Of a stretch of DNA of 47,581 nucleotides, positions 26,639 through 35,540 are shown piece after piece. The notes beneath the pieces were generated by a model. That model saw nothing but the letters and a program-made list of their open reading frames with translations, did no database searches and was not told the origin of the DNA. The DNA is from an uncultured Chitinophagaceae bacterium. GTDB taxonomy: Bacteria > Bacteroidota > Bacteroidia > Chitinophagales > Chitinophagaceae. Within the stretch, counting starts at the first letter, position 1; every line of letters starts with the position of its first letter. Where the stretch lies: positions 1-47,581 of the forward strand of contig CAZYEZ010000002.1 in the NCBI GenBank assembly GCA_964646775.1, read 5' to 3'. A program made the translations under genes and the position numbers.

Positions 26639-28185
26639 TGAAATTTTTTGAGGGGTTCAATCTCCGCATCTTTCAGCCAAGTTTTGATGGCAGCCAGCGC
26701 CTCATACTGGGCGCGGTCTTCCTTAAAGAATGGCAGGTGTTTTCTAATCTCCTGGTAAAACCACCGGGAGGTATCTGAAAGCTGAGACGGGTTCTTAAGC
26801 AGGTCAATGGACTGCGCCACGGTAGCACAAGCGATGGCCAGGACTTCGAAGCTGTTGTCTACGACTTGATGACAAAGGCGGGCTGCGTTGCAGCCCATGC
26901 TTACCATATCCTGGTTGTCATTATTACTCGGAATGCTGTGAACATAGACCGGATTACTCAAGGTCTGATTCTCTGCCACCGTAGAGGTTGCTGGGTATTG
27001 CATCCCCTGTATGCCAAAATTTAATCCCAGTTTCCCTGCGTTTGCAAAGGGGGGAAGCTTCTGATTTAGATGAGGATTAAGAAGAAAGTTTATCTGCCGT
27101 TCGGCCAGCATGGAAAGCTTGGTGATACTCATTTTCAGCTTGTCCATTTCCAATGAAATATAATCACCGTGGAAGTTCCCTCCATGGAAAATATTCTCAT
27201 TCCAAGCGTCGACGACCGGATTATCATTGACCGAGTGGAGTTCACGGACGACCACATCTTCCGCATGGCCGATGGTTTCCAGCACGGGACCTAAAATTTG
27301 GGGTATGCATCTTAGAGAGTAGGGCTCCTGTACGCGGTCGACCAGAACGGCATCCGTTACTTTCCGGGCGTACAAATGCTGCTGTCGATTCCGGAGCAGT
27401 TGGCTTCCCTGGGCCATCTCTCTCATCCACCGGGCAATTTTCTGTTGCCCCGGATGGCGTTTCGCCTCGTTGAGCTCGAGAGAAAAATGATCATCATAGG
27501 CTCCCATGATCTCGTTGATTGCCAGCGAAATCAGCGTAGACCAACGGATCAGTCGGTGGGAAAGAATGAGATTGATAGCCCCGATTCCTGTCATGGCCGA
27601 GGTGCCATTCAGCAGGGCCAGTCCCTCTCTAATCTGAATCTTCAGAGGTGCCAGTTTCAGTGCACGGAATACTTCTTCGGCGGGTCGGATTTCTCCATTC
27701 CACCAATACTCCCCTTCCCCCATGAGACCCAGGGCCAGATGCGCAAGCTGTACCAGGTCGCCACTGGCGCCCACGCCCCCATGGGCGTAAAGGCAGGGAT
27801 AGGCCTGATGATGAAGCAGGGCTTTCATGAGCTCGACGAGCGAGGGGTGTATCCCTGAATATCCCAATGTCAGTGTATGAAGGCGAGAAAGGAGGGTTGC
27901 CCGGCAAAATAAAGGGGGAAGTCGATCTCCCATTCCCGCGCTGTGGCTGCGAATCAGGTTCTGCTGTAGGGACGCGAGATCGGTATCTTCAATTCGGTAC
28001 TGGGCCATGGGTCCAAACCCGGTATTGATACCATAGATTAATTTATCCTTGGAAAAGGAGGCCAGAAACTCAAAGCTTAGCTTGACTTTTTCCATGGACT
28101 CCGCGGATAGTTCCCATCTTTGATTATGAAAAACGATCCGTTCAAATACATCCAGGCTCAGAGCCTCTTCACCCAATAAGATCAT
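26635..28185 (-). CDS. Aromatic amino acid ammonia-lyase of the HAL/PAL/TAL family with an MIO motif; resembles Bacteroidetes flexirubin-type tyrosine ammonia-lyases
   Basis: It contains GINTGFGPMAQYRI, NLIRSHSAGMG, GGVGASGDLVQLAHL (the Ala-Ser-Gly MIO precursor), REGLALLNGTS, YSLRCIPQILGP and HGGNFHGDYISLEMDKLK. I chose the start MILLGEE at 28185 over the ORF-track start at 28266. Confidence 0.88.
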   Translation of the reverse strand: MILLGEEALSLDVFERIVFHNQRWELSAESMEKVKLSFEFLASFSKDKLIYGINTGFGPMAQYRIEDTDLASLQQNLIRSHSAGMGDRLPPLFCRATLLSRLHTLTLGYSGIHPSLVELMKALLHHQAYPCLYAHGGVGASGDLVQLAHLALGLMGEGEYWWNGEIRPAEEVFRALKLAPLKIQIREGLALLNGTSAMTGIGAINLILSHRLIRWSTLISLAINEIMGAYDDHFSLELNEAKRHPGQQKIARWMREMAQGSQLLRNRQQHLYARKVTDAVLVDRVQEPYSLRCIPQILGPVLETIGHAEDVVVRELHSVNDNPVVDAWNENIFHGGNFHGDYISLEMDKLKMSITKLSMLAERQINFLLNPHLNQKLPPFANAGKLGLNFGIQGMQYPATSTVAENQTLSNPVYVHSIPSNNDNQDMVSMGCNAARLCHQVVDNSFEVLAIACATVAQSIDLLKNPSQLSDTSRWFYQEIRKHLPFFKEDRAQYEALAAIKTWLKDAEIEPLKKFQ

Positions 28186-28281
28186 GCGCGACCGCCGTTT
28201 AAGTAGATTGGGGGCAAAAATAGAAAAAATCGCCACAGCAAATCCAATCCCCGGGGTTTCGGTCAAGCCGGAATGGGCGGA

Positions 28282-29139
28282 TTATTTTTTCTTGATCAGG
28301 GCGCTGAGCTCATGGCGCAAATTCCTGAAGTCGATCAGGTCTACTTTGATACTACCCACCAGAATTGGACTGTCCACGCGAACGGGAATATGATTTTTGT
28401 CATCCGTCACCCATACGGTCATTTTTTCTCCCCCTTCGAATATGGTTCCTTCAATGAGCAGCGGACTAAACTTAATGGTATGGAACTTGCCGTAACGGGT
28501 CGTAAGGACCTCTTTGCCTAAGTAGCGAACATAAAGGGAGTAGACCTGGTCGTCCAGAAACATTTCAAAGGGGATTTGATCTCCAGGCTTGTACTTATCA
28601 AAGTTGATATTTCTTGCGTAGTAGATGGCCGAAAGAACGTCCTGCACGCAATCCGGAATCTTGAATACGCCATTGGTTGAAATGGCCTGCCCCCGATCAT
28701 GTTGAAAGCGCACGTCATTATAAATCCGAAAGCCGCCTTCATTGACATTTCGGATGAAACGCTGAGGCAATAAGGTCTCTACATCAAGGTAGCTCTCGTA
28801 AACGTCGTAGACTTTGAAAAACCATTCATAGGATTTCAGGGTGGCCCCTACCCCTTTAATATGAAATACAGGCCGGTCGTTTATGGTGGTCTTATCTACG
28901 CTGAAGTCTGCAATACCCGCCCCCACCCATAGAGGGCCCATATTGTAATACACCTTGTACTTCAGTCGCTCCCCAGACTGAAAACTGGTGTTTTTAATTC
29001 CGCAAAACACGGTTTGGGCCCGGGAAGGGAAAACCCCCGCGCCCAGGCTGCTAAGGAAGAGGAAGAGGAATAATAGACGGCCCATGGTTTTATTTATCAT
29101 TATAGGGAAGTTGGTGATACGGTGCATTTGCGTTTTCAT
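28282..29139 (-). CDS. DUF3108-family secreted protein
   Basis: It has a signal peptide (...GRLLFLFLFLSSLGAGVFPSRAQ). Family-typical segments are GERLKYKVYYNMGPLWVGAGIADFSV...FKVYDVYESYLDVETLLPQRFIRNVNEGG. Its start overlaps the upstream stop (ATGA at 29136-29139). Confidence 0.65.
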   Translation of the reverse strand: MKTQMHRITNFPIMINKTMGRLLFLFLFLSSLGAGVFPSRAQTVFCGIKNTSFQSGERLKYKVYYNMGPLWVGAGIADFSVDKTTINDRPVFHIKGVGATLKSYEWFFKVYDVYESYLDVETLLPQRFIRNVNEGGFRIYNDVRFQHDRGQAISTNGVFKIPDCVQDVLSAIYYARNINFDKYKPGDQIPFEMFLDDQVYSLYVRYLGKEVLTTRYGKFHTIKFSPLLIEGTIFEGGEKMTVWVTDDKNHIPVRVDSPILVGSIKVDLIDFRNLRHELSALIKKK

Positions 29140-30083
29140 CTAATGAGCTTCATTCTCAGAATAAACAAGCTTCCTATGAAAGCCGGGATTACGAGGTTGA
29201 TTACCCAAATGCCGACGGTCGCAGTAAGAATGCCCAAGGTGTTCTCAGATACATACCCAAATATATACATCCCGATCTGTGTTCGTTGCCCCAGCTCTAA
29301 TAAAAATAGTCCCGGAATCATGGCATTGGACCAGAAAAACAGGGCGCAAAGGAAAAATCCTTCGATTCCTACGGGTAATACCTGTCCCCATGCTAATAAA
29401 ATCAAATACTGTGCCGTGTATACCATAAATCGGAGCATGGATATACCCAGGATCTTCGCCTGATCCTGGGTACGGATGCGTTTTAACAGGCGACCATAGG
29501 TTTTCCACCGTTCGAGACGTTTGATCCTGGGCAGCAGAGAAGACAGGGGCTCGTAAAAAAGGTAGACGAGTCCCAAAGCCAGCAGTACGCCCAGGCAAAG
29601 GAATAAGCTGAGCATGGGAAACAAACCTCCAAATCGAAGGTTTACATAGAGGAGGCCCAGGGCGCCGAAGATAAATAGGGTTAACAGCTGAGAGAGCATC
29701 CCGAGGAGGGAAACCGAAATCAACCGAAAGCTGTTATTTTTTAAGCCCAGATAAAGCAGGCGGCCCGGATATTCTCCGATACGATTCGGTGTGATAAAAG
29801 ACAGGCTGATGCCCGCAAAGTAACTTGCGATCGATTTCTTCCAGTCTGCGGGCTGGGCAAAGCCGCGCAGCCATTGCCATTTGATGATTTCAAGGCTGCA
29901 GTTGACGGGCATGAGCATCAGGCAAATCCAAAACAGACCCATGGGGCGTTCCGTCCAGGTGCTCAGGTCCCAGGCGATCTCCTGCTGGCGGAGGGCCACA
30001 TAGATTCGCCAGATCAGAAATAGGCTCAAAGAAACTCCGAGCAGGGAATTGAGTCGTATTTTGGTACTTTTGATCAACGGCAA
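29136..30083 (-). CDS. UPF0104 / lysylphosphatidylglycerol-synthase-TM-region-like (flippase-like) integral membrane protein
   Basis: It has about 8 hydrophobic helices and the family-typical PNRIGEYPGR motif. The only start that keeps the first helix is TTG at 30083 (or a nearby codon), so the start is uncertain. Confidence 0.6.
   Translation of the reverse strand: MPLIKSTKIRLNSLLGVSLSLFLIWRIYVALRQQEIAWDLSTWTERPMGLFWICLMLMPVNCSLEIIKWQWLRGFAQPADWKKSIASYFAGISLSFITPNRIGEYPGRLLYLGLKNNSFRLISVSLLGMLSQLLTLFIFGALGLLYVNLRFGGLFPMLSLFLCLGVLLALGLVYLFYEPLSSLLPRIKRLERWKTYGRLLKRIRTQDQAKILGISMLRFMVYTAQYLILLAWGQVLPVGIEGFFLCALFFWSNAMIPGLFLLELGQRTQIGMYIFGYVSENTLGILTATVGIWVINLVIPAFIGSLFILRMKLIR
30065..30072 (+). 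promoter_or_regulatory. -7 box (TActTTTG) for ruvC, located inside the divergent membrane-protein gene
   Basis: It is a perfect TAnnTTTG match 14 nt upstream of the ruvC ATG. Confidence 0.5.
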
Positions 30084-30086
30084 AAA

Positions 30087-30683
30087 ATGTCAAGGGACGA
30101 AGAGTATATTATACTAGGTATCGATCCAGGGACCATTCATATGGGATATGGGTTGATTCGCGCGCATAAAAGTAAGGTTTCCCTACTGGAAATGGGGGTG
30201 TTGCATCTGATGAAGTATCCGGAACATTCGGTACGCCTGGAAATGATATACAGGAAAATGGAAGGCATCCTCGATGCATTTCCGGTTCGTGCCATTGCAT
30301 TAGAATCGGCATTTTTCGGCAAGAATGTCCAGAGCATGCTTAAGCTGGGTCGGGCGCAGGGAGTGGTGATGGCCGCTTCCATGAAGCATGGATTAATTCC
30401 CAGCGAATACGCGCCCAGGAAGGTCAAGCAATCGATTACCGGTAGAGGGAACGCGACCAAGGAACAAGTCTGGGAAATGGTTCAGCGCATTCTTTCCTTC
30501 CAGGAAAGTCTCCCTTACCTGGATGCTTCGGATGCGTTGGCTGTAGCGCTCTGCCATCATTATGAGGCAAACAGCCTGTTGGCTTTGCAGACTCCCCTGG
30601 TGAAGAAGAACCGAAAACCATCTCGGAATGCAAAAGGGGATTGGAGCCATTTTTTAGCTCAGAATCCGGATCGGCTTCGTTGA
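30087..30683 (+). CDS. ruvC: Crossover junction endodeoxyribonuclease RuvC
   Basis: It contains ILGIDPGTIHMGYGLI, IALESAFFGKN, LGRAQGV and KQSITGRGNATKEQV, and the C-terminal acidic residue context is DASDALAVALCH. Confidence 0.93.
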   Translation: MSRDEEYIILGIDPGTIHMGYGLIRAHKSKVSLLEMGVLHLMKYPEHSVRLEMIYRKMEGILDAFPVRAIALESAFFGKNVQSMLKLGRAQGVVMAASMKHGLIPSEYAPRKVKQSITGRGNATKEQVWEMVQRILSFQESLPYLDASDALAVALCHHYEANSLLALQTPLVKKNRKPSRNAKGDWSHFLAQNPDRLR

Positions 30684-30736
30684 TGAGGTAGGAGTACTGA
30701 AATAAGAGAAAAATCTGCAATAAACTTTTTGATAAG

Positions 30737-30744
30737 TATCTTTG
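30737..30744 (+). promoter_or_regulatory. -7 box (TAtcTTTG) for the response-regulator gene
   Basis: It is a perfect match 60 nt upstream of the ATG at 30805. Confidence 0.5.
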
Positions 30745-30766
30745 TGGAAATTTGATATATTGTTAA

Positions 30767-30787
30767 CGGCTCCATAACAAGGAGCCG
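30767..30787 (+). other. 5'-UTR hairpin
   Basis: CGGCTCC-ataacaa-GGAGCCG forms a 7-bp stem between the -7 box and the start codon. Confidence 0.4.
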
Positions 30788-30804
30788 CATAAACAAGTTA
30801 GAAT

Positions 30805-31521
30805 ATGGCCGTAAAACCAAGGATTTTACTCGTCGAGGACGACCCCACCTTAAGTTTCGTCATTAAGGATGCCATGGAAAGAAAAGGATACAATGTGGTC
30901 CACTGCGCCGACGCAGAATCCGGGTGGCATGCTTTCCAGAGAAGATCTTTTGATTTGTGCCTGCTGGACGTGGTCCTGCCAAAAATGAGCGGAATGGATT
31001 TGGCTCAGGATATTCGAATCAAAAATGACAAGGTGCCCATCATCATGTTGACGTCCAAGTCCATGGATGCAGACAAGATTGCGGGGTTTAAAAGTGGAGC
31101 GGATGATTATGTGACGAAGCCATTTAATATGGAAGAGCTGCTCCTTCGAGTGGAGGTATTCCTACGTCGGACTCGAAAAGCCCCGGAAAATCCCCGGGCC
31201 CAGTTTGTGATTGGCAACATGAATTTTGATTTTCGGAATCTAAGCCTTTCGAATCAGGAAGTCGAGCATGAGCTGACCCAGCGGGAAGCCGAGTTAATTC
31301 TTTATTTCTGTAATCACCCCAATCAGGTTTTAAAACGAGAGGAGATTCTCCTGAACGTTTGGGGGCGCGAGGACTATTTCCTGGGTCGAAGCATGGATGT
31401 TTTTATCACCAAGATTCGAAAATACCTCAAGGGTCAGCCCGATGTGGAGATCAAAACCGTCCATGGGATTGGGTTTCGGTTTCGCTGCCGGGGCCTGCGT
31501 AAAGGCCGGATTGATTACTAA
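30805..31521 (+). CDS. OmpR/PhoB-family response regulator (REC plus winged-helix)
   Basis: It contains ILLVEDDP, DLCLLDVVLPKMSG (phospho-acceptor Asp), MLTSKS and KPF. The C-terminal trans_reg_C segment is LTQREAELILYF...FITKIRKYL...IKTVHGIGFRF. Confidence 0.9.
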   Translation: MAVKPRILLVEDDPTLSFVIKDAMERKGYNVVHCADAESGWHAFQRRSFDLCLLDVVLPKMSGMDLAQDIRIKNDKVPIIMLTSKSMDADKIAGFKSGADDYVTKPFNMEELLLRVEVFLRRTRKAPENPRAQFVIGNMNFDFRNLSLSNQEVEHELTQREAELILYFCNHPNQVLKREEILLNVWGREDYFLGRSMDVFITKIRKYLKGQPDVEIKTVHGIGFRFRCRGLRKGRIDY

Positions 31522-31536
31522 TCTTTCCCCGCGGGC

Positions 31537-32280
31537 TTAACCCGCCTTGTCTTCCCTGTTAAAAACCATGGCGTGCCGGTACATCTGGATGGTGTTTTCG
31601 ATCCCGTAATAAAGCGCATCACAGATCAAAGCATGGCCGATGGAAACTTCGGAGACCTGGGGGACTTCGCGCAAAAAGTAGCCCAGGTTTTCGCGGTCAA
31701 GGTCATGGCCTGCGTTCACGGCAAGTCCGTGTGCTATCGCTTCCCGGGCCGCTTCACGATAGGGAGCGACGGCGGATTGCCGATCTTGTCGATAAGCCCG
31801 GGCGTAGGCTTCCGTATAGAGTTCAATTCGGTCTGTTCCCAGGCTGGCCGCCGCTTCCATCTCGGAGGCCACGGGGTCCATAAAGATGGATACCCGGATC
31901 CCTGCCTCTTTGAACCGGGCAATAACGGGGACCAGAAACGCCTGATGTTGCTTCAAATCCCATCCATGATTCGAGGTGATCTGCCCGGGCTGATCGGGAA
32001 CCAACGTGACTTGATCGGGTTTAACTTCTAAAACAAGATCGCAGAATCGCGGCTCCTGGGGATTCCCTTCTATATTCAGCTCTACGGAAACCAGGGGCCG
32101 AAGGTCTCGCACATCCTGATATCGAATGTGTCTCTCGTCAGGGCGGGGATGGACGGTAATCCCCTGGGCACCGAAGGATACACAATCCTGAGCCATTCGA
32201 AGCAGATCTGGATTGTTGCCGCCCCGACTGTTTCTTAAGGTGGCGATCTTGTTGATGTTGACGGATAATCTGGTTTCCAT
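31537..32280 (-). CDS. pdxJ: Pyridoxine 5'-phosphate synthase
   Basis: It contains LSVNINKIATLRNSRG, ITVHPRPDERHI, LNIEGNP, VTLVPD and GHALI. Confidence 0.95.
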   Translation of the reverse strand: METRLSVNINKIATLRNSRGGNNPDLLRMAQDCVSFGAQGITVHPRPDERHIRYQDVRDLRPLVSVELNIEGNPQEPRFCDLVLEVKPDQVTLVPDQPGQITSNHGWDLKQHQAFLVPVIARFKEAGIRVSIFMDPVASEMEAAASLGTDRIELYTEAYARAYRQDRQSAVAPYREAAREAIAHGLAVNAGHDLDRENLGYFLREVPQVSEVSIGHALICDALYYGIENTIQMYRHAMVFNREDKAG

Positions 32281-32326
32281 AGGGACGAATATCCAACTTA
32301 ATCCTCAAATCGAGTTAATTTGTGCC

Positions 32327-33991
32327 ATGAGCTGGCCAGGAAACACCCCCAGCAAAACGAGGGGGCCTCTATTCCTTTTGGTGGTTTTATATATGCTTAT
32401 GCCCGCCTGTCGATCGAAGGCTGATCTGGAGGCGCCGGTATTTCAGATGAATTTGTCCAGCGGAAATTTAGAGTCCATGGATCCCGCCTTTGCCAAAGAC
32501 CTTTATGTGATGTGGATGACTCATCTGGTCTATAATACCTTGCTGGAAACGGGAGAAGATCTTCGCTTACGTCCTTCCCTGGCCAAGTCTTGGGAACGGC
32601 GCGCAGAGGGAAGCGTATATCGATTTATCCTAAGAGATTCCGTGTACTTTCACGATGCACCGTTTTTCCCGGATGGAAAAGGACGAAAAATGAAGGCCAG
32701 CGACGTGGTTTATTCCTATTCAAGGCTAATGGATCCGGCGACGGCTTCTCCAGGGGCCTGGATATTTGGAGACAAGGTCGTAGATGACCGCCCCTTCCGC
32801 GCTTTGGATGATACGACTTTTGAGATCCATCTCAAGGAGCCCTTTGCCCCTTTACCCGGTATTCTAACCATGCCCTATACGGGGATCGTTCCCAAAGAAG
32901 CCGTGGATTATTGGGGTTCGGCATTTCGGTCCCATCCTTGCGGCACGGGACCCTTTCAAATGGCGCTCTGGGATGAAGGGCAGCAGCTGATACTCCATCG
33001 CAACCCCAGATACTGGGAGCGGGATGATCAGGGACAGGCCCTGCCTTATCTGGAGGCGGTGCAGGTTCATTTCGTGAATAGTAAGGCCACTGAGTTCTTT
33101 TTGTTTTTGCAGGGGGAGCTGGATTTCGTCAATAACATCGATCCTTCCTTTAAAGATCTCATTCTAAGTCGGGATGGTCAGCTAAAGCCCGCGTATCGCG
33201 ACCGGATTCACCTTCGTAGGCGCACCTATCTGAATACGGAGTACCTAGGGTTTTTATTGGATAGCAGCCGGGTGAATGATCCCCATCATCCGGTTCGGCA
33301 CCCGAAGGTTCGGCAAGCAATCAATTACGCAATCGATCGACAAAAGATCGCAAGGTATTTTCGAAACGGGACGGTCACGCCGGCTTTGGGAGGATTTATT
33401 CCACCCGGATTACCCGGTCATGATTCGACGGGAACCCTGGGATATCGCTATCAGCCCCAGCGGGCCCTAGAACTCTTGGAAGAGGCAGGGTATCCGGAGG
33501 GCAAAGGGCTATCCCCGCTGGAGATTCTTTGTCCCGATAATTACGCGGACATTGTCCAATTCATCGTCACTCAGCTTCGGGAGGTGGGTATCGATGCCCG
33601 GGTGAGCATCATGCAACCCAATATCTTGAGGGAGCAAATGAGCCAATCGCAGGCCTTATGTTTTCGGGCGCAATGGATTGCCGATTACCCCGATGCGGAA
33701 ACCTATCTGGTGGTCTTTCTGGGCGGCCTGCCGGCCCCGCCCAACTACACCCGATTCAAGGATCCGGACTTCGATCGATGCTATGCCCAAAGTATGGCCG
33801 CGCCGGATTCGATCCGATTTGCCTTATACCGGCGTATGGACAGCATAGCCATGGCCCAAGCACCGGTGGTGCCCATCTACTATGAACAGCTGTTGCACTT
33901 CACCTCCCCTCGGGTGGAAGGATTTAGCTCCTCGCCGATGAATCTTATTGAGCTGAAAAATGTGCGTATCGTACCGGCTGCATCCCGGTAA
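32327..33991 (+). CDS. Family 5 (peptide/nickel, DppA/OppA-like) solute-binding protein
   Basis: It has the SBP_bac_5-type core: ESMDPAFAKDLYVMWMTHLVYNTLLE..., YRFILRDSVYFHD..., GTGPFQM.... I chose the start MSWPG at 32327 because the ORF-track start at 32213 would overlap pdxJ. Confidence 0.8.
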   Translation: MSWPGNTPSKTRGPLFLLVVLYMLMPACRSKADLEAPVFQMNLSSGNLESMDPAFAKDLYVMWMTHLVYNTLLETGEDLRLRPSLAKSWERRAEGSVYRFILRDSVYFHDAPFFPDGKGRKMKASDVVYSYSRLMDPATASPGAWIFGDKVVDDRPFRALDDTTFEIHLKEPFAPLPGILTMPYTGIVPKEAVDYWGSAFRSHPCGTGPFQMALWDEGQQLILHRNPRYWERDDQGQALPYLEAVQVHFVNSKATEFFLFLQGELDFVNNIDPSFKDLILSRDGQLKPAYRDRIHLRRRTYLNTEYLGFLLDSSRVNDPHHPVRHPKVRQAINYAIDRQKIARYFRNGTVTPALGGFIPPGLPGHDSTGTLGYRYQPQRALELLEEAGYPEGKGLSPLEILCPDNYADIVQFIVTQLREVGIDARVSIMQPNILREQMSQSQALCFRAQWIADYPDAETYLVVFLGGLPAPPNYTRFKDPDFDRCYAQSMAAPDSIRFALYRRMDSIAMAQAPVVPIYYEQLLHFTSPRVEGFSSSPMNLIELKNVRIVPAASR

Positions 33992-33994
33992 AGC

Positions 33995-35449
33995 CTAGGA
34001 CTTTTTCCGGGACCGGGTATTCTTTTTCTTGTTTTTATTCTTGTATCGACCTATGAGTTCCACCACCTGGGGGCGACGCATATAATCTGGGTTCAGCTCG
34101 GTGAAGACCTTTACCCGCTGCGGTTTGTCTGCCAGCCCTTCTTCCAGATGGAACATGGCTTCCTTCGTTTTTCCCATTTCGATCAGAACCGCCGCCATCA
34201 GGTATTTGTATTCGGGCTGCTCCAGGGTGTAGTGAGCGGCAAGCTGAATATTATCGAATGCTTCCTGATAGTTCCCGGTTAGATAAAGCCCGCGAATCAG
34301 AGCCACCCAATATTTTTTGCTGCTGGACCGTTGGCTTACAGCGAAGGCGAACGCATGAATGGCATCCTCTTCCTGGTTTAATTCAAGCAAACAGTTGCCG
34401 AGCGAAACATAGTAAGGCGCATGATCTTCTTTTAGCTGCAGGGCCGCTTCAAAGGATTTAGCGGCCTTCTCCCATTGTTGCTGACGAACATAGGTTTCGC
34501 CGATCCGGGAAAAGATGGCATCGTCATGGGGATTAAGTTGGGAAGCCCGTCGATAGTAATAGCGGGCCTTATTATAGTCTTTCTTCTTTTCCCAGCAGAA
34601 TCCCATGGCCTCGAAGATCACGTCCTCTGGACGGGAAAAGTTCAAATGGGCCTCCAGGGCCTCCAGGGCTTGCTCATACCAGCGAAGGCGGATGAACGCT
34701 TCCGCAATGTTTCGATAGGCTACTTCAAACTTGTCGTCGATGGCCAGACAGTATTCATAGGCATCGATCGCGGCCTCATAGAGTTTTTTGCCGTGGAGGG
34801 CTGCTCCCAGGTTAAACCAAGCCAGGGCATTATAAGGGTCTTCGTTGACAATGGCTTTATGGATTGCAATACTTTCTTCGTGATTGTCGGTAAACTCGGC
34901 CCAGAATGAGACCTTATGAAGTGCCTCCTCATTGCTGGGACTAAGGATCAGCACTTGCTTGAGCATTTTCCAGACATTGTCGAACTGCTCGGCTTCATCA
35001 TAAGTGTCCACCAATTCCAGCATAAGTTGGATCTGGTCTTTCCCGGTAAACTGGGGGATCTGTTCTTCCAGCCATTGGGCGGCCATTTCCGGCTTTTCCT
35101 GGTGAGAAAGGATCTCGGCCCGCAAGAGCGTGGCATCCAGATGATACTGATCCATGGTTTCCAGCTGGTCCAAGGCCAACAAAGCCTGCCCGTACTTTTG
35201 AGCTCGGGAAAGAATCTCTGCCTTCAGAAAAAGAATGGTCGCAGAGAAGGGGTGATATACTTGCGCGATTTCGGCGGCTAAAAGAGCTTCGTCATATTGA
35301 GTTTCTAGTGCATAATGGGTAATGACCCATTCAAATTCATCTTCAGAGAGCATGGGTGTGGTTTCCCCATCCCGGATTCGGGTGTATTGATAGAGCAGTT
35401 CATCTTTCGGGCTTTCCTCTTCGTCAAAATAATCATCATCGAACATCAT
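33995..35449 (-). CDS. Tetratricopeptide-repeat protein with a basic C-terminal tail
   Basis: It has multiple 34-aa TPR-like units (W/Y..LG.....G.Y..A...Y..AL..DP pattern) and a KNKNKKKNTRSRKKS tail. Confidence 0.75.
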   Translation of the reverse strand: MMFDDDYFDEEESPKDELLYQYTRIRDGETTPMLSEDEFEWVITHYALETQYDEALLAAEIAQVYHPFSATILFLKAEILSRAQKYGQALLALDQLETMDQYHLDATLLRAEILSHQEKPEMAAQWLEEQIPQFTGKDQIQLMLELVDTYDEAEQFDNVWKMLKQVLILSPSNEEALHKVSFWAEFTDNHEESIAIHKAIVNEDPYNALAWFNLGAALHGKKLYEAAIDAYEYCLAIDDKFEVAYRNIAEAFIRLRWYEQALEALEAHLNFSRPEDVIFEAMGFCWEKKKDYNKARYYYRRASQLNPHDDAIFSRIGETYVRQQQWEKAAKSFEAALQLKEDHAPYYVSLGNCLLELNQEEDAIHAFAFAVSQRSSSKKYWVALIRGLYLTGNYQEAFDNIQLAAHYTLEQPEYKYLMAAVLIEMGKTKEAMFHLEEGLADKPQRVKVFTELNPDYMRRPQVVELIGRYKNKNKKKNTRSRKKS

Positions 35450-35465
35450 ACATGAACGTTTGTAC

Positions 35466-35473
35466 CAAAGATA
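35466..35473 (-). promoter_or_regulatory. -7 box (TAtcTTTG) for the TPR gene
   Basis: It is a perfect match 16 nt upstream of the ATG at 35449. Confidence 0.55.
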
Positions 35474-35540
35474 CTAAATATTGGGCGGTATTCGGGCCAA
35501 AGCGGACGTTAAGAGGTTCTAAAATGCCGGCTAAAAAGAT

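Noticed and set aside
26635-28185. Annotating the MIO lyase as histidine ammonia-lyase HutH, part of histidine utilisation.
   Set aside because: No hutU, hutI or hutG is nearby, and the gene is start/stop-coupled to FabG and followed by a ketosynthase. The sequence recalls flavobacterial TALs. The substrate remains uncertain (see finding).
32213-32326. An upstream extension of the solute-binding protein ORF that overlaps the pdxJ start on the opposite strand.
   Set aside because: The extension would overlap pdxJ by 68 nt. MSWPG... at 32327 is followed by a hydrophobic, signal-like segment.
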